64,000 bases of DNA from Eledone cirrhosa (Eukaryota). The DNA is taken from assembly GCA_964016885.1 (NCBI GenBank), contig OZ024740.1, positions 95,294,001 through 95,358,000 on the forward strand, written 5' to 3'. A program made the translations under genes and the position numbers. The notes beneath the pieces were generated by a model that saw only the letters and a program-made list of their open reading frames with translations, searched no databases and had not been told where the DNA came from. The first letter of the stretch is position 1; every line of letters begins with the position of its first letter. Positions 24,173-36,481 of this stretch are shown here, piece after piece.

Positions 24173-24937
24173 ACAAATAAATAATCGAGAATCGAAATCT
24201 CAGCCCACGCAATCACGAAACACAATCTTCGAAATGTGTGGCAGAGGGCTCAATAGTTTGGGTAAACCAGAGCTATAACTATCGTTAAAATACCAACACA
24301 TAGAGAAAATGCTTAAAATCATTCGCACAGCCGAAAAGCGACCAGGAAAATTCGGGTCACACAAATAATAAATTAATAAATTAATAAATTAAATGAATGT
24401 AAAAGCTTACCCGGACCCGCTAGAAAGATGATAAAATCTAGCTTTATGGGTTTCTGCAGTTCCCTAATCAATTACCGTCGGCCCACATAAAAATTATATC
24501 TGACCTCTGGTAAATAGATGAACGAGGAAGCTGCTTTCTCAACAGGCATTTCGTTCAGAAATATAGAGACACCCGACCCGTTACTAAACGCATATGGAGT
24601 CAGAAAGGGAGGGAACCCTATAATAGGCGAATGAATTCAGTAAAGTGTATATTTTTGTAAAAATACAAAATATCACATATCGAATTAGAGTTCTCAACAG
24701 ACGTGTTAAAATTAACAAGAGCTATTTATCAGTCAATAAGATTAACTAAAAAATCAATAAAATTAACTGGTCAATAGCTAAAGACTGGAGATAAATACAA
24801 ATAAATAATTGGGAATCGAAATCTCAGCCCACGAAATCACGAAACACAATCTTCGAAATGTGCGGCAGAGGGCTCAATAGTTTGGGTAAACCAGAGCTAT
24901 AACTATCGTTAAAATACCAACACATAGAGAAAATGCT
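24172..24937. repeat. Direct repeat of ~140 bp with ~625-bp period
   Basis: 'gaatcgaaatctcagcccacg...catagagaaaatgctt' at ~24189-24314 and ~24813-24938. Confidence 0.88.
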
Positions 24938-25299
24938 TTGTCAATAATAATTATATTATCAACAATCGCTTCATTTGCAAGCAAAGATCATATCAAATGT
25001 GCATCAAACACAAAAGGCGATTAGATTTTGTTATTTATTAGAGAAGATTTAGATCAGGATCGCGGTTGCGTCAATGCCTCCTTTCTATTTCAGATGGACC
25101 GTGCCAGCATGAACATGGAAAACATAAATACATTCTGAAGCACGAGCAAGTTCATGACTAAAATTGAGCAATAAAATAAGCTCCTTTGAAAGCACAACAT
25201 ATTATTGGTAATAGAAAAACTAATTAAAAATATAGTAATGAAACAAGCTCTCTATAAATCATACAAAGTGGATAACAGGCACTCGTCTCTTCTACATTG

Positions 25300-25870
25300 C
25301 ACTAAGGAAAACTTGGCTTGGTGTTTTTCACCAACATATAGGTGGGAATTAAAAAGGATAAAACCTTTTTCCTAGATGAGCAAATGCACAGCGGAGATGC
25401 GGTTACAAATCTTGAATTTTGCCATGGAAATGAAATAATCCAATTTTTTTATTTCTCTGCCAATCAAATGTCTAAGATCCAATTATGAACCTGGCTCTAG
25501 ACTTAGAAAACAACTCGAGAAACATTTTAGTCAGTTTCTCTGCTACCTGCATGACCTGCTCTGAGCAGAAATAGGGTGACCTGTATCACCAACTCCAAAA
25601 TATATCACGAGCAGTGTTCAGCATGAGGATAAGCCACTTACAACAATCATTTCAATGATCGGGCTTGTCTTACATGATATTTATCCAGAATCTAAATAAG
25701 GTTTTCCATCTGGTCATCATTCCATAGTGATAACATTTTCACAGACACGTTAGCGAGAATGTCAAGGAAACACAAGTGATTTTATAGTTTTTGTTGATTG
25801 CATAGGCAGGTCATTTGTTCTGGTATAAACAGCAGCTACATAGCAGAACATAAATCCCTGTAATTATTAC
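25300..25870 (-). mobile_element. Highly decayed LINE RT relic
   Basis: minus-strand traces resembling QG..LLFI..NDLP and YFGV motifs; no ORF. Confidence 0.3.
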
Positions 25871-26095
25871 CTTAGTATAGAGTAGATTTCGTTTTATGAA
25901 TTAGGTATCGATGCTCTTTGACAATGAAATATTCGTAGTAAAACGAAATCATCGAGCTTTATACAACAGTGTCATGCTGATTATCCATAAGAAGTAGATT
26001 AAAAATGTTAGTAAAATGTCAGGGTTGATTGAACGGCAACATGTTTGTTTCTTGAAACGATCAAAGAAGGGGTTATTTACTTTACATTTAGATGT

Positions 26096-26144
<49 letters not shown>

Positions 26145-26185
26145 CGAAATACAATTCAATTGCATGAACTCATAATCCTTTATTT

Positions 26186-26241
26186 ACTGCTATATATATT
26201 TCGATGATAACCATTGAATGGCTATGACCTCATCAAGCAGT
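26186..26241 (-). ncRNA. Minimal hammerhead ribozyme motif (core variant UUGAUGA) at the end of a PLE relic
   Basis: actgc-TTGATGA-stem II-GAAA-tatata-TA-gcagt; same family as 59818-59868. Confidence 0.65.
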
Positions 26242-26357
26242 TAGTCAGTTCTTAGATATGCCAGCTGTGTGTTTATAGTGTTGATGGTTTAGAGCCTTGG
26301 GACATATATATATATACTTATATATATATGTATATATATACACACATACACACACAC

Positions 26358-26422
<65 letters not shown>

Positions 26423-26712
26423 TTAGAAACACACAGATACATGCGGACACACACATATACATGAATGCATCCACATCCAACCGTGAGTTAATGGTGCTAA
26501 CCTTACCGATGTTGCTCAATGAATGACTGGGACAGACCAATCCGGTTGAACTAGACTGAACCAGTATCAGAGTTAAAAATACATTATGAAGAGAGAAGGA
26601 CAATTTCGATATAATTAGTAATAAAATGTATCATACCTAAACTGCTCCTAGATTCCTCGACTACGTAGTTTCGTGGCATAAACAAAAACAGTACATCATA
26701 AAGATATAGAGC

Positions 26713-26771
<59 letters not shown>

Positions 26772-26779
<8 letters not shown>

Positions 26780-27335
26780 GCAGTAATAAACAAAGTAAAT
26801 CGTGTTACTAATATTACGATGGTTGAAGGACCACATTTGTGTGAAGTATTTAATCAATGAACAGCCAGAATGATAAAAATATTTATACAGCCCGCCTCAA
26901 TAACGATTACATCACCCGGACAGATTATGGGTTAATCTGTTTCGCACTGAGTGTGTCCGTAACAGATAATCCACGGGCATCATCAGCGAGAGAATCTGAT
27001 TAAATGCGACAAACACCTAATGCTAACAGTCACACAAATAAGTGAATAATTCACCTCCTGCGCGTAAGTCAAAAGTGGTGTGAGTGGATTGGACTGAAAT
27101 ACAGCCCAATACACACAACTTATTAGCTCACCAAGGAAGCGAGCCGAAATATAAATGAAAGGTAGAGTTAATAACTCATACTAAAACTATGTAACTTAGT
27201 ATATTTGAGGCGGTCGGTATAAATATTTGTTTATCCTTCTGTCTGTTTCATGATTAAATATTTGAAACAAATGTGGTTCTTCAACACTCGTACTATTAGA
27301 CACACAATTTACTGTGTTTTTTACTGCATATATTA
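26772..27335. mobile_element. MITE-like element with ~130-bp imperfect terminal inverted repeats
   Basis: 26772-26900 is the reverse complement of 27205-27335 (tatgcagtaa...cgcctcaa / ttgaggcg...ttactgcata); left end abuts (TA)n. Confidence 0.65.
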
Positions 27336-27407
27336 TTATAATCCTCAGTATTTATAATTTGAGCTTGTTAATTACAGGGTTTCAGTATGATTTACTAACT
27401 CTAACTT

Positions 27408-27497
<90 letters not shown>

Positions 27498-27644
27498 TTT
27501 TTTCCGTTGTGTTGTAATATAAATATTACACACAGTAGATTATCAGCTCACGTAGAGTTTGCTCGACGGTTCCAGTTGTAGTTCCAAAAGTAATCCGGAG
27601 AAAAATAGAAAGATTTGAATGGATACAGTTTAGTTGAAAGGAAT

Positions 27645-27761
27645 TTATTGACACGTGTTTCTATAACAGTTACATAACCTAAAACAGCTATCTACAAACT
27701 TTTAGTTATGCAGACATTCAATATTTCAATGTTATTGTTTACTGTCATTTCATCAGAATAA
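27645..27761 (-). ncRNA. Hammerhead ribozyme (inverted copy of 32076-32192)
   Basis: mirror copy in the inverted arm. Confidence 0.8.
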
Positions 27762-28351
27762 TATTACTGAGGACCTATTTAGTTTTTATAGAGAATATTA
27801 GGAGGAAGGGGTGAAGTTGTTAGAAGAATAGTTGAAGGAGTGGTTTTTCGATAGCAGTGAGAATTCTTGGTGGCAGTGATTAATTAGATTCCCATCTGTT
27901 GTTTTGACATTTTTTATAGAATATATTATTGGTTATTTTTCTAAATCTATAGAAGGATTAGAGATAGTAAAGATATGCGTGGTTGGTTTTGTGTTTGCAC
28001 TTAACATTCAGACTTAAATTTTTCTTTCAAGTGTACGTATTCTTTCACCCACGCATTCACACACAAATATATTTGCACACCTCTACAAAATACATATACT
28101 CACAATTCACATATTCATACTTACATATATATACACATGCATACACATATATATACACACTTGTATTCATGTACATACATACGCGCTCATGTGTATACAT
28201 TTTTATACTCAACTTATCTTTATATATACACACGTATAGACACACACATATATACATACATACTCTAGTCCATGTGTACACACATACACATACATACACA
28301 TCCATATACACATACATACATACACACATATATATACATACATACATATAC

Positions 28352-28396
<45 letters not shown>

Positions 28397-28413
28397 CATA
28401 TATACACACATAT

Positions 28414-28446
<33 letters not shown>

Positions 28447-29360
28447 AGCACTTTAATACATGAATACACTTACATCTAACTATACACATCAAACATATAT
28501 ATATATTTACTTATTTATATACATTTTCACATATATATACATACTTATGGACGTTTTTAGACACATTCATTATCGCATATTTGTACCTATTCTCATCAGC
28601 ATATCTTTTCATTATTAGTATGGTAATTTAAGGTTATTAATATATGTTGAAAAGAGATTGTTTTTATATTTTTCTAACTAGATTAAGGTTTATATAGTTG
28701 GGGGATGTCCCTCTTTTATGTAATATTCGGCTTGTAGTGGGAAAAAAGGGTTTTAGTTCTGTGACGGCAGAATAATGTTCGTTCAATTCTGTTATTCAGC
28801 AGTTTCTTCTTGTGTGTGATTATGTAATAAATCTCAAGATTACACAATTTGCAGAAATTTTGGCTCCTGGAAAAGCTTTGGGTTTTAGCTAATTTTTCCC
28901 ATTTTAGGGTAAACTTTTGATTGCTATCCCTGAGCGTCCAAGCTTTCTCTGCTAAAGTTGTTACATTTCTTTGGCTCTGGTGTTTTATTGAGTAAGAATG
29001 CCTATACAATCGAGATTTAAACGATGTTGCCGTTGATCCCACGTAATACCACTCGTTGCCTCCGGATTTAATGGTACACTTATAAATAATATTTTTTTCT
29101 AGGCAGTTATTGCCGAGGGGGCAGTTGTCAGGATAGGTGCAGTTACAGTTGTGTACGTTGGGTTTTCTCTGGAGTAGTATTGCGGACGAACTTAGGTGTG
29201 GTTTATTTATGTTCTGTAGTGTATTGTCTACTGTTTTTTTGGGGTTCTTTGTACTTAAGTTCTTAGTGTTTTCGTTTAACCTTCTAGTATTGATCTTTTT
29301 TATGTGTTGTTCAAGGTTTAACGCTGTAGAGTATGACAGTCTTATAGTGGTAGGGTTTAG

Positions 29361-31121
29361 GACCACAAGGTAAACTTTGATAATGACCCTAAAATTAGAT
29401 TAATCTGCCCCTCTAAATCAGATATAGGTAAAATAAGCAAATATATCTTAGATAGAATCATCCCCCAAATTAAGGCTAAGGTTAACATTAAACTCTGGGG
29501 GAAGACCCAAGAAGCAATAAGATGGTTTAATAGCATTAGCAATAAGAATAAATCTAAGTTTATCCAGTTTGATATCGATGAATATTACTCATCGATATCA
29601 CCTGAAACTTTGAATAGAGCCATTAAGTTTGCTAAGGATAACTCCGACCTTACAAACGATGAAATTAAGATTATATTAGAAGCTAGGAAAACTATAGTCA
29701 AATTTGAGAACAGTTATTGGGTACGTAAAGATAGACCCTCTAACTTTGACATAACAATGGGCTCTAACGATTCGGCGGAAATAACTGATATTGTGGGGTT
29801 ATTTATCGCCTTTAGACTCCAGGAAAAATTCAGCAATCTCCACGGCGGAATATACCGCGACGATGTTCTCCTCCTAGCTAAAAACCTTAATAACCAAAAA
29901 CTAGAAAAACTACGCAAAGATATAAGAAAACTACTACTCGAAATAGGACTAACTATAACATATGAATACAACCTTAAAGTAGTTAACTTCCTGGATGTCA
30001 CACTCAATTTAAACTCTGGTTTGATTAAACCGTTTCATAAATTGAATGAAAATCTCAAATACGTAAATGTTGGGTCTAACCACCCCATCTCTATAATTAA
30101 ATCTATCCCTAAAAATATTTCCCTTAGAATCTCGGGTCTATCTTCTAACATACAAGTATTTAAGGAACACGCCGAGTACTACGATAACGCCCTTAGTAAA
30201 GCAGGCTACCTCAACAAAATAGAGTACATAGATGGGAACAATCAAAACACCCAAAATAAATCCCACATAGGTAGATATAATAACACAACACCAAACCACA
30301 CTTACTACCATAGTATGCACACCAGTAAACCAACAAACAAAACTAATAGAAAGCGATGCAAAGAGTACTTATGGTATAACCCCGAATACAATAGCTCCAT
30401 TAGTACAAATTTACCAGTACTCTTCTTTAAAATAATTAAAAGACATTTTCCCACATCACACAAATACCACAAAATCCTAAACCCTACCACTATAAGACTG
30501 TCATACTCTACAGCGTTAAACCTTGAACAACACATAAAAAAGATCAATACTAGAAGGTTAAACGAAAACACTAAGAACTTAAGTACAAAGAACCCCAAAA
30601 AAACAGTAGACAATACACTACAGAACATAAATAAACCACACCTAAGTTCGTCCGCAATACTACTCCAGAGAAAACCCAACGTACACAACTGTAACTGCAC
30701 CTATCCTGACAACTGCCCCCTCGGCAATAACTGCCTAGAAAAAAATATTATTTATAAGTGTACCATTAAATCCGGAGGCAACGAGTGGTATTACGTGGGA
30801 TCAACGGCAACATCGTTTAAATCTCGATTGTATAGGCATTCTTACTCAATAAAACACCAGAGCCAAAGAAATGTAACAACTTTAGCAGAGAAAGCTTGGA
30901 CGCTCAGGGATAGCAATCAAAAGTTTACCCTAAAATGGGAAAAATTAGCTAAAACCCAAAGCTTTTCCAGGAGCCAAAATTTCTGCAAATTGTGTAATCT
31001 TGAGATTTATTACATAATCACACACAAGAAGAAACTGCTGAATAACAGAATTGAACGAACATTATTCTGCCGTCACAGAACTAAAACCCTTTTTTCCCAC
31101 TACAAGCCGAATATTACATAA
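29361..31121 (+). CDS. Naiad PLE RT-GIY-YIG polyprotein, N-terminally truncated but uninterrupted (586 codons)
   Basis: frame is open from GAC at 29361 (DHKVNF...) into the tracked ORF 29610-31121. Confidence 0.88.
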   Translation, partial: DHKVNFDNDPKIRLICPSKSDIGKISKYILDRIIPQIKAKVNIKLWGKTQEAIRWFNSISNKNKSKFIQFDIDEYYSSISPETLNRAIKFAKDNSDLTNDEIKIILEARKTIVKFENSYWVRKDRPSNFDITMGSNDSAEITDIVGLFIAFRLQEKFSNLHGGIYRDDVLLLAKNLNNQKLEKLRKDIRKLLLEIGLTITYEYNLKVVNFLDVTLNLNSGLIKPFHKLNENLKYVNVGSNHPISIIKSIPKNISLRISGLSSNIQVFKEHAEYYDNALSKAGYLNKIEYIDGNNQNTQNKSHIGRYNNTTPNHTYYHSMHTSKPTNKTNRKRCKEYLWYNPEYNSSISTNLPVLFFKIIKRHFPTSHKYHKILNPTTIRLSYSTALNLEQHIKKINTRRLNENTKNLSTKNPKKTVDNTLQNINKPHLSSSAILLQRKPNVHNCNCTYPDNCPLGNNCLEKNIIYKCTIKSGGNEWYYVGSTATSFKSRLYRHSYSIKHQSQRNVTTLAEKAWTLRDSNQKFTLKWEKLAKTQSFSRSQNFCKLCNLEIYYIITHKKKLLNNRIERTLFCRHRTKTLFSHYKPNIT

Positions 31122-31390
31122 AAGAGGGACATCCCCCAACTATATAAACCTTAATCTAGTTAGAAAAATATAAAAACAATCTCTTTTCAACATATATTAA
31201 TAACCTTAAATTACCATACTAATAATGAAAAGATATGCTGATGAGAATAGGTACAAATATGCGATAATGAATGTGTCTAAAAACGTCCATAAGTATGTAT
31301 ATATATGTGAAAATGTATATAAATAAGTAAATATATATATATGTTTGATGTGTATAGTTAGATGTAAGTGTATTCATGTATTAAAGTGCT

Positions 31391-31423
<33 letters not shown>

Positions 31424-31440
31424 ATATGTGTGTATATATG

Positions 31441-31485
<45 letters not shown>

Positions 31486-32075
31486 GTATATGTATGTATG
31501 TATATATATGTGTGTATGTATGTGTGTGTATATGGATGTGTATGTATGTGTATGTGTGTACACATGGACTAGAGTATGTATGTATATATGTGTGTGTCTA
31601 TACGTGTGTATATATAAAGATAAGTTGAGTATAAAAATGTATACACATGAGCGCGTATGTATGTACATGAATACAAGTGTGTATATATATGTGTATGCAT
31701 GTGTATATATATGTAAGTATGAATATGTGAATTGTGAGTATATGTATTTTGTAGAGGTGTGCAAATATATTTGTGTGTGAATGCGTGGGTGAAAGAATAC
31801 GTACACTTGAAAGAAAAATTTAAGTCTGAATGTTAAGTGCAAACACAAAACCAACCACGCATATCTTTACTATCTCTAATCCTTCTATAGATTTAGAAAA
31901 ATAACCAATAATATATTCTATAAAAAATGTCAAAACAACAGATGGGAATCTAATTAATCACTGCCACCAAGAATTCTCACTGCTATCGAAAAACCACTCC
32001 TTCAACTATTCTTCTAACAACTTCACCCCTTCCTCCTAATATTCTCTATAAAAACTAAATAGGTCCTCAGTAATA

Positions 32076-32192
32076 TTATTCTGATGAAATGACAGTAAAC
32101 AATAACATTGAAATATTGAATGTCTGCATAACTAAAAGTTTGTAGATAGCTGTTTTAGGTTATGTAACTGTTATAGAAACACGTGTCAATAA
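32076..32192 (+). ncRNA. Type I hammerhead ribozyme with long stem II insert
   Basis: ttatt-CTGATGA-a-atgacagt...actgttat-a-GAAAC-acgt-GTC-aataa; palindromic helix III as in PLE minimal hammerheads. Confidence 0.8.
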
Positions 32193-32514
32193 ATTCCTTT
32201 CAACTAAACTGTATCCATTCAAATCTTTCTATATATATATATATATATATTTATTTATTCTTATGGAGCTCTCTTTGGATTGATTTTAGTCTTCAAATTT
32301 ATTATTATTAGTATGGTGAATTAGCAGTATCGGTAGAGGGCCGGACGCCATGCTTTGACAGAAATAATAACATAACACACTCACTGCTTACTGATTGATT
32401 GGTTTTCGCTTCTGTATCTTTTATATCTCCAAAGTAAATTTATTTGGCCATTAATGTTTATCACTGTCTGACCAACGGTCAAAAATACAGATATAAATAC
32501 ATATACATATAGGC

Positions 32515-33940
32515 TAACGAAGTTCTTTCGTTGCACATCTGCAACATCATTAGTGGTACTATCATGTTTCCTCATGTTGTATTTTATGTCTACGCCATTT
32601 TTATATTATCTATTTTGTTTGTCTCGTCTCTGCGCATGCGTTTTCGTGTGTGTATAGTGTTTGGTGTGTGTGTTCTCGTTTGGGTGACTGTGATTTTGTT
32701 ATTGTATTCTATCTTGCTTTATTAGTGTGTGTTTATATGTGATTGTAGTTATTGTGCTTGCGTATACATATATTTATTTATTTATTTATATTTCTCTTAA
32801 GTATTGTTGGATTGGGTGTTGTTATTCCATTCATTTTTTTCTGTTTAGCTTTGGCTTTCTAAGCTCTATTTCGCTTGCTTCTCTGTTTTGCCAACCAGTT
32901 GCGTCATTTCTACGTTTAGATATTAAGATATTATTTAAATATCTATGTTGTCTATGTTACCGTCATGTTGTTGTCTGGCGTGTTCGTATAGTCCTGAACT
33001 GTTTTTTTATTTGTCCTTTTAATTCCTCCAGAGTTGATCTATTATTTCTACCATGCTTCGAGCTGTCTCACCTATGTATGTTGTTTTCATGTTTCTGCAA
33101 GTGCCCTCTGTACATCTTATTCTATAGACTACATGTCTAGTCTTACAGTTTATCTGTGTGTTTACTTTACATATAACACATTTCTTATTAGTACAGTGGA
33201 TTTTCTTAAAAGGGTAGTGTTGCTGATCAGTGATTTTATGGTAGTTCGTGGATTTTCTACACTTTAATCTTTAAGGCGGTCTTTCTCAGGGCCTATCTAC
33301 ATTTGTTAGCTAGTTTCTCCCAAGGGATAGCATCCACAACCATGACACTCTGGCATCTCTGTTTGTCGTACCATGAGGCTTTCCCTATATTATGTTTAGA
33401 CCTATCTAAGCTATTCCATGATTTGCTCCTGTATAATGGGCAAATTCCTCTCATGTCCCGTTCTATGAGGGTATTATACTTCTCCGTGCCTCCTTTGTAT
33501 ACTCTGATTATGTCTCTTTGAGTGTAGCCGGAGAACTGCATGCGGTTTATGAAGTGTTGGATGTGTATTTCCATCTCTGTTGGGTCGCACATGCGGGATA
33601 CGTTCTTCATCACTAGTACCTTGTCTGCGTTGAGAATATTAAACTTAGCACTACTGGACATTGCTGAGTTTTTGAGGATCAGGTGTTTGGAGGCCATGGG
33701 TTTAGCGTAGTGTGAGTGAACAATTTGTTCCCTCTCGTCTATAGTGTTAATCCAGTGTTCCGTGTCTCATACATATAGTATATTGTTAGGGTGTTTGGAA
33801 GGGTAGCCAATAGTTGCAGTTATAATCTGGTGCATCGAATTAGCTATCGGCTTGATGCTTTCCATTGTGCTATATTCTAAATCATGTTAGTTAGTACTCT
33901 CTTGTGGAGGTGTCCTTATTACTATATTAATATCGTCTAC
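32515..33940 (-). mobile_element. Decayed PLE (Neptune-like Zn-finger linker + GIY-YIG)
   Basis: KPMASKHLILKNSAM thumb (33293-33697); CTNKKCVIC..NCKTRHVVYRIRC..C..YIGETAR at ~33055-33205; degenerate hammerhead cTAATGA-gttgca/tgcaac-GAAA at 32515-32557. Confidence 0.75.
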
Positions 33941-34086
33941 TTTAGTCGAAAACCAACCAAACAGGGAATGTCTTCTGATATTATTTCTGGCAATATTATT
34001 ACAACAATTTGACCCTCCCCAAGTATAACAATATTTGTTTCGACACAGGATTTCATATCAAAACGTCACAAAACAAATATATAAGT

Positions 34087-34205
34087 GAAGGCGTGTGGCT
34101 GAGTGGTTGGGGAAATGGATTCGCAATCGTAAGGTTGTGAGTTCGATTCCTGGACCAGGCGATGCGTTATGTCCTTGAGCAAGACACTTTATTTCACGTT
34201 GCTTC
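34087..34205 (+). mobile_element. tRNA-derived SINE fragment with CORE-like segment
   Basis: A box tggctgagtgg, B box gttcgattcc, then gtccttgagcaagacactt. Confidence 0.75.
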
Positions 34206-34316
34206 TTCTACCTGGAGTTTTGACCGATAGATAGTATTAGCAATTGGAAAGACCAACGGAAACATTGTTCGCTCGGTCCGATTTGACGAAAGTCGATCGT
34301 TCCTTTATATATATTT

Positions 34317-34368
<52 letters not shown>

Positions 34369-34477
34369 GTGTGTGTGTGTGTATGTATAGTAATTTGAAA
34401 TTGAATAAACAAGGAAAAGCCTGGGGGTTGTAGGGATCTTAAGTATGGCATTCAAGACGTTAATTAAATATGTTTCT

Positions 34478-34572
34478 ACATTTGACACAAGGCCAGCGAT
34501 TTACCAGTACATTACTCGTACTATATTTTATCGACCCCGTAAGCACGAAACACAAAGTTAACCTCGGCGATG
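34478..34572 (-). mobile_element. SINE 3' fragment (same family as 60616-60795)
   Basis: reverse complement cgccgaggttaactttg...ggggtcgataaaat..agtac..gtaatgtactg...gctggccttgtg. Confidence 0.65.
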
Positions 34573-35498
34573 GAGAAGATGCTTAACGTAAGCATATTAC
34601 AATTCTATGCCGCTGTGGCTTTTACACACGAGTAACGATTCAAGTGTATATGTGCGCGTGCCAGCTTCTCTGTGTGAGTGCACATATATATATGTATTAT
34701 TCTATGCTTATTTGTTTAGGATCGCTTTTGCTGGGAATTGGGTTAATAGATTGTATGAAATACCTATGTGATATTTAAACATTATGTTTCCGTTTTGCTT
34801 GTAGAAGATATATGAAATAATTGCAAATATCGCCATAGTTAATGTAGATATGATTTTGACGCTTAACTAGAAATGAATTGATCCTTTTGTGAATGTTCAC
34901 TAGAGAAAAATATATGGCAGTTGTAATTCTATAGTAGATAATAAGACATTGATGATATACATACTACTTTAATACAGTGGTGAAACGTAAGGCTTATTTG
35001 ACTATTGTATTCGACAAATGGTTGCATATAGCTATATCCCTATTTGTCAATTCAGTTAGAAACACATGATATGAATAATTGGTTTCAGAGGAAGTGATTT
35101 CTATTTCAAAGCCAGGCTACCAAGCTGCAAAATACAAAGCAATTATTGAGTAATATAACAGCTAATGTTATTCTAATGGACACAAACAAAAGTGTAACTC
35201 TCAAATGTTCTATAATCATACGATAGAATGCATTCTTAATGATAAATACAATTTCACTCCCCAAAAAGAAAGATAAATTGAACAAAATTCTAATTTTCAA
35301 ATTATGAAATTAAAGCTGATCGCTAATCTTGTTTTAAGCTAATTCATTTGTGGTTGGAAAGTTTTAGAATATTATGTAAGGAAAAGTCGATATCTCAAAG
35401 AGCCCTGTGTTAGCTACACAGCTGACACATTTACACATTTACTGGAAATATATATAAAGATGTGACTGGTCTCCAACAAAGATTTGATATATATATGA

Positions 35499-35545
<47 letters not shown>

Positions 35546-36418
35546 GTGTGTGTATATATATGGAGGAACGTACCCCTATATATTTATGTTTTTACTTGTC
35601 ATTCTACAAGTAAACTCCCCATTTTAGGTATTGAGAAATATAAACGTTGAATTCCGATTTTGTCGCTTAGAAGAACGGACAATTTTGAAGAAAGCATATA
35701 ACAATATCACAGCTATAAATTGAATTCTTTTATTATCGGGGATAACTTTTGAGATCATGTAAACTATACACCATATTTAAATACGAAGACATATAATAAT
35801 ATAATAAATAGCGCAATAACCGTGTTCCGTTTACATCGGAAACAATTCTGAAGCTATGTATCTTAAAAATGTATGTATTGTGAATGCATGACTCAGCTGC
35901 ATTGTAATGTCATCTGTTATCACGGGCATCAACATTTATCGTTGTCACACAGACATAAATGCAATTTAAAAATATAACTTCGATGGACACGTTCAATATT
36001 CCATTTTATGAAATTCGGAAATACACGTAAAGTGAAATGTAAGTATCGTTGCATTTATTTGATAAAATAAAACATGAACAAACCGCCCAGGTTGTTAATG
36101 GATTGGTGAAAATATCTAGGGTTAGTTGCTTGAAGTCATTATTTTAAGCATTTTCTACTGCAATTCATAGTAATATGTAAGAGAAAATATGAAACAGTTT
36201 TACTTCCGGAGTCTAACACATTTTAAATTACATTGTATTACTTCTACTAAACACTTTAGTTACATGAGGTATGCATTGGTATTTTGCATTCTATATCTTA
36301 TCGGTATTAAATGTACACACACAAAGCTGTTTCGCATACATTTGAATATTTCTACACCACTAGTTGAGGAGTCGTACTTTCTATTGAATACACACGCACA
36401 CACACACATACACACACA

Positions 36419-36479
<61 letters not shown>

Positions 36480-36481
<2 letters not shown>

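Larger units (their letters stand above)
27496..32232 (+). mobile_element. Naiad-clade PLE, 5'-truncated, with a 1758-bp inverted 3' copy (27605-29362 vs 30475-32232)
   Basis: RT motifs DHK..F..RLI.P.KS.IG.ISK, QFDI..YYSSI, FDITMGS.DSAE, GIYRDD; CNC-x5-CPL-x3-C finger; GIY-YIG (IYKC..YVGST), CKLC and CRH; flanked by (TA)n on both sides. Confidence 0.92.

Noticed and set aside
32084-32130. Canonical SECIS inside the hammerhead stem II
   Set aside because: 3' GA of the quartet is absent and the ORF has no in-frame TGA
34087-34160. tRNA gene
   Set aside because: No complete cloverleaf and continues into a SINE body
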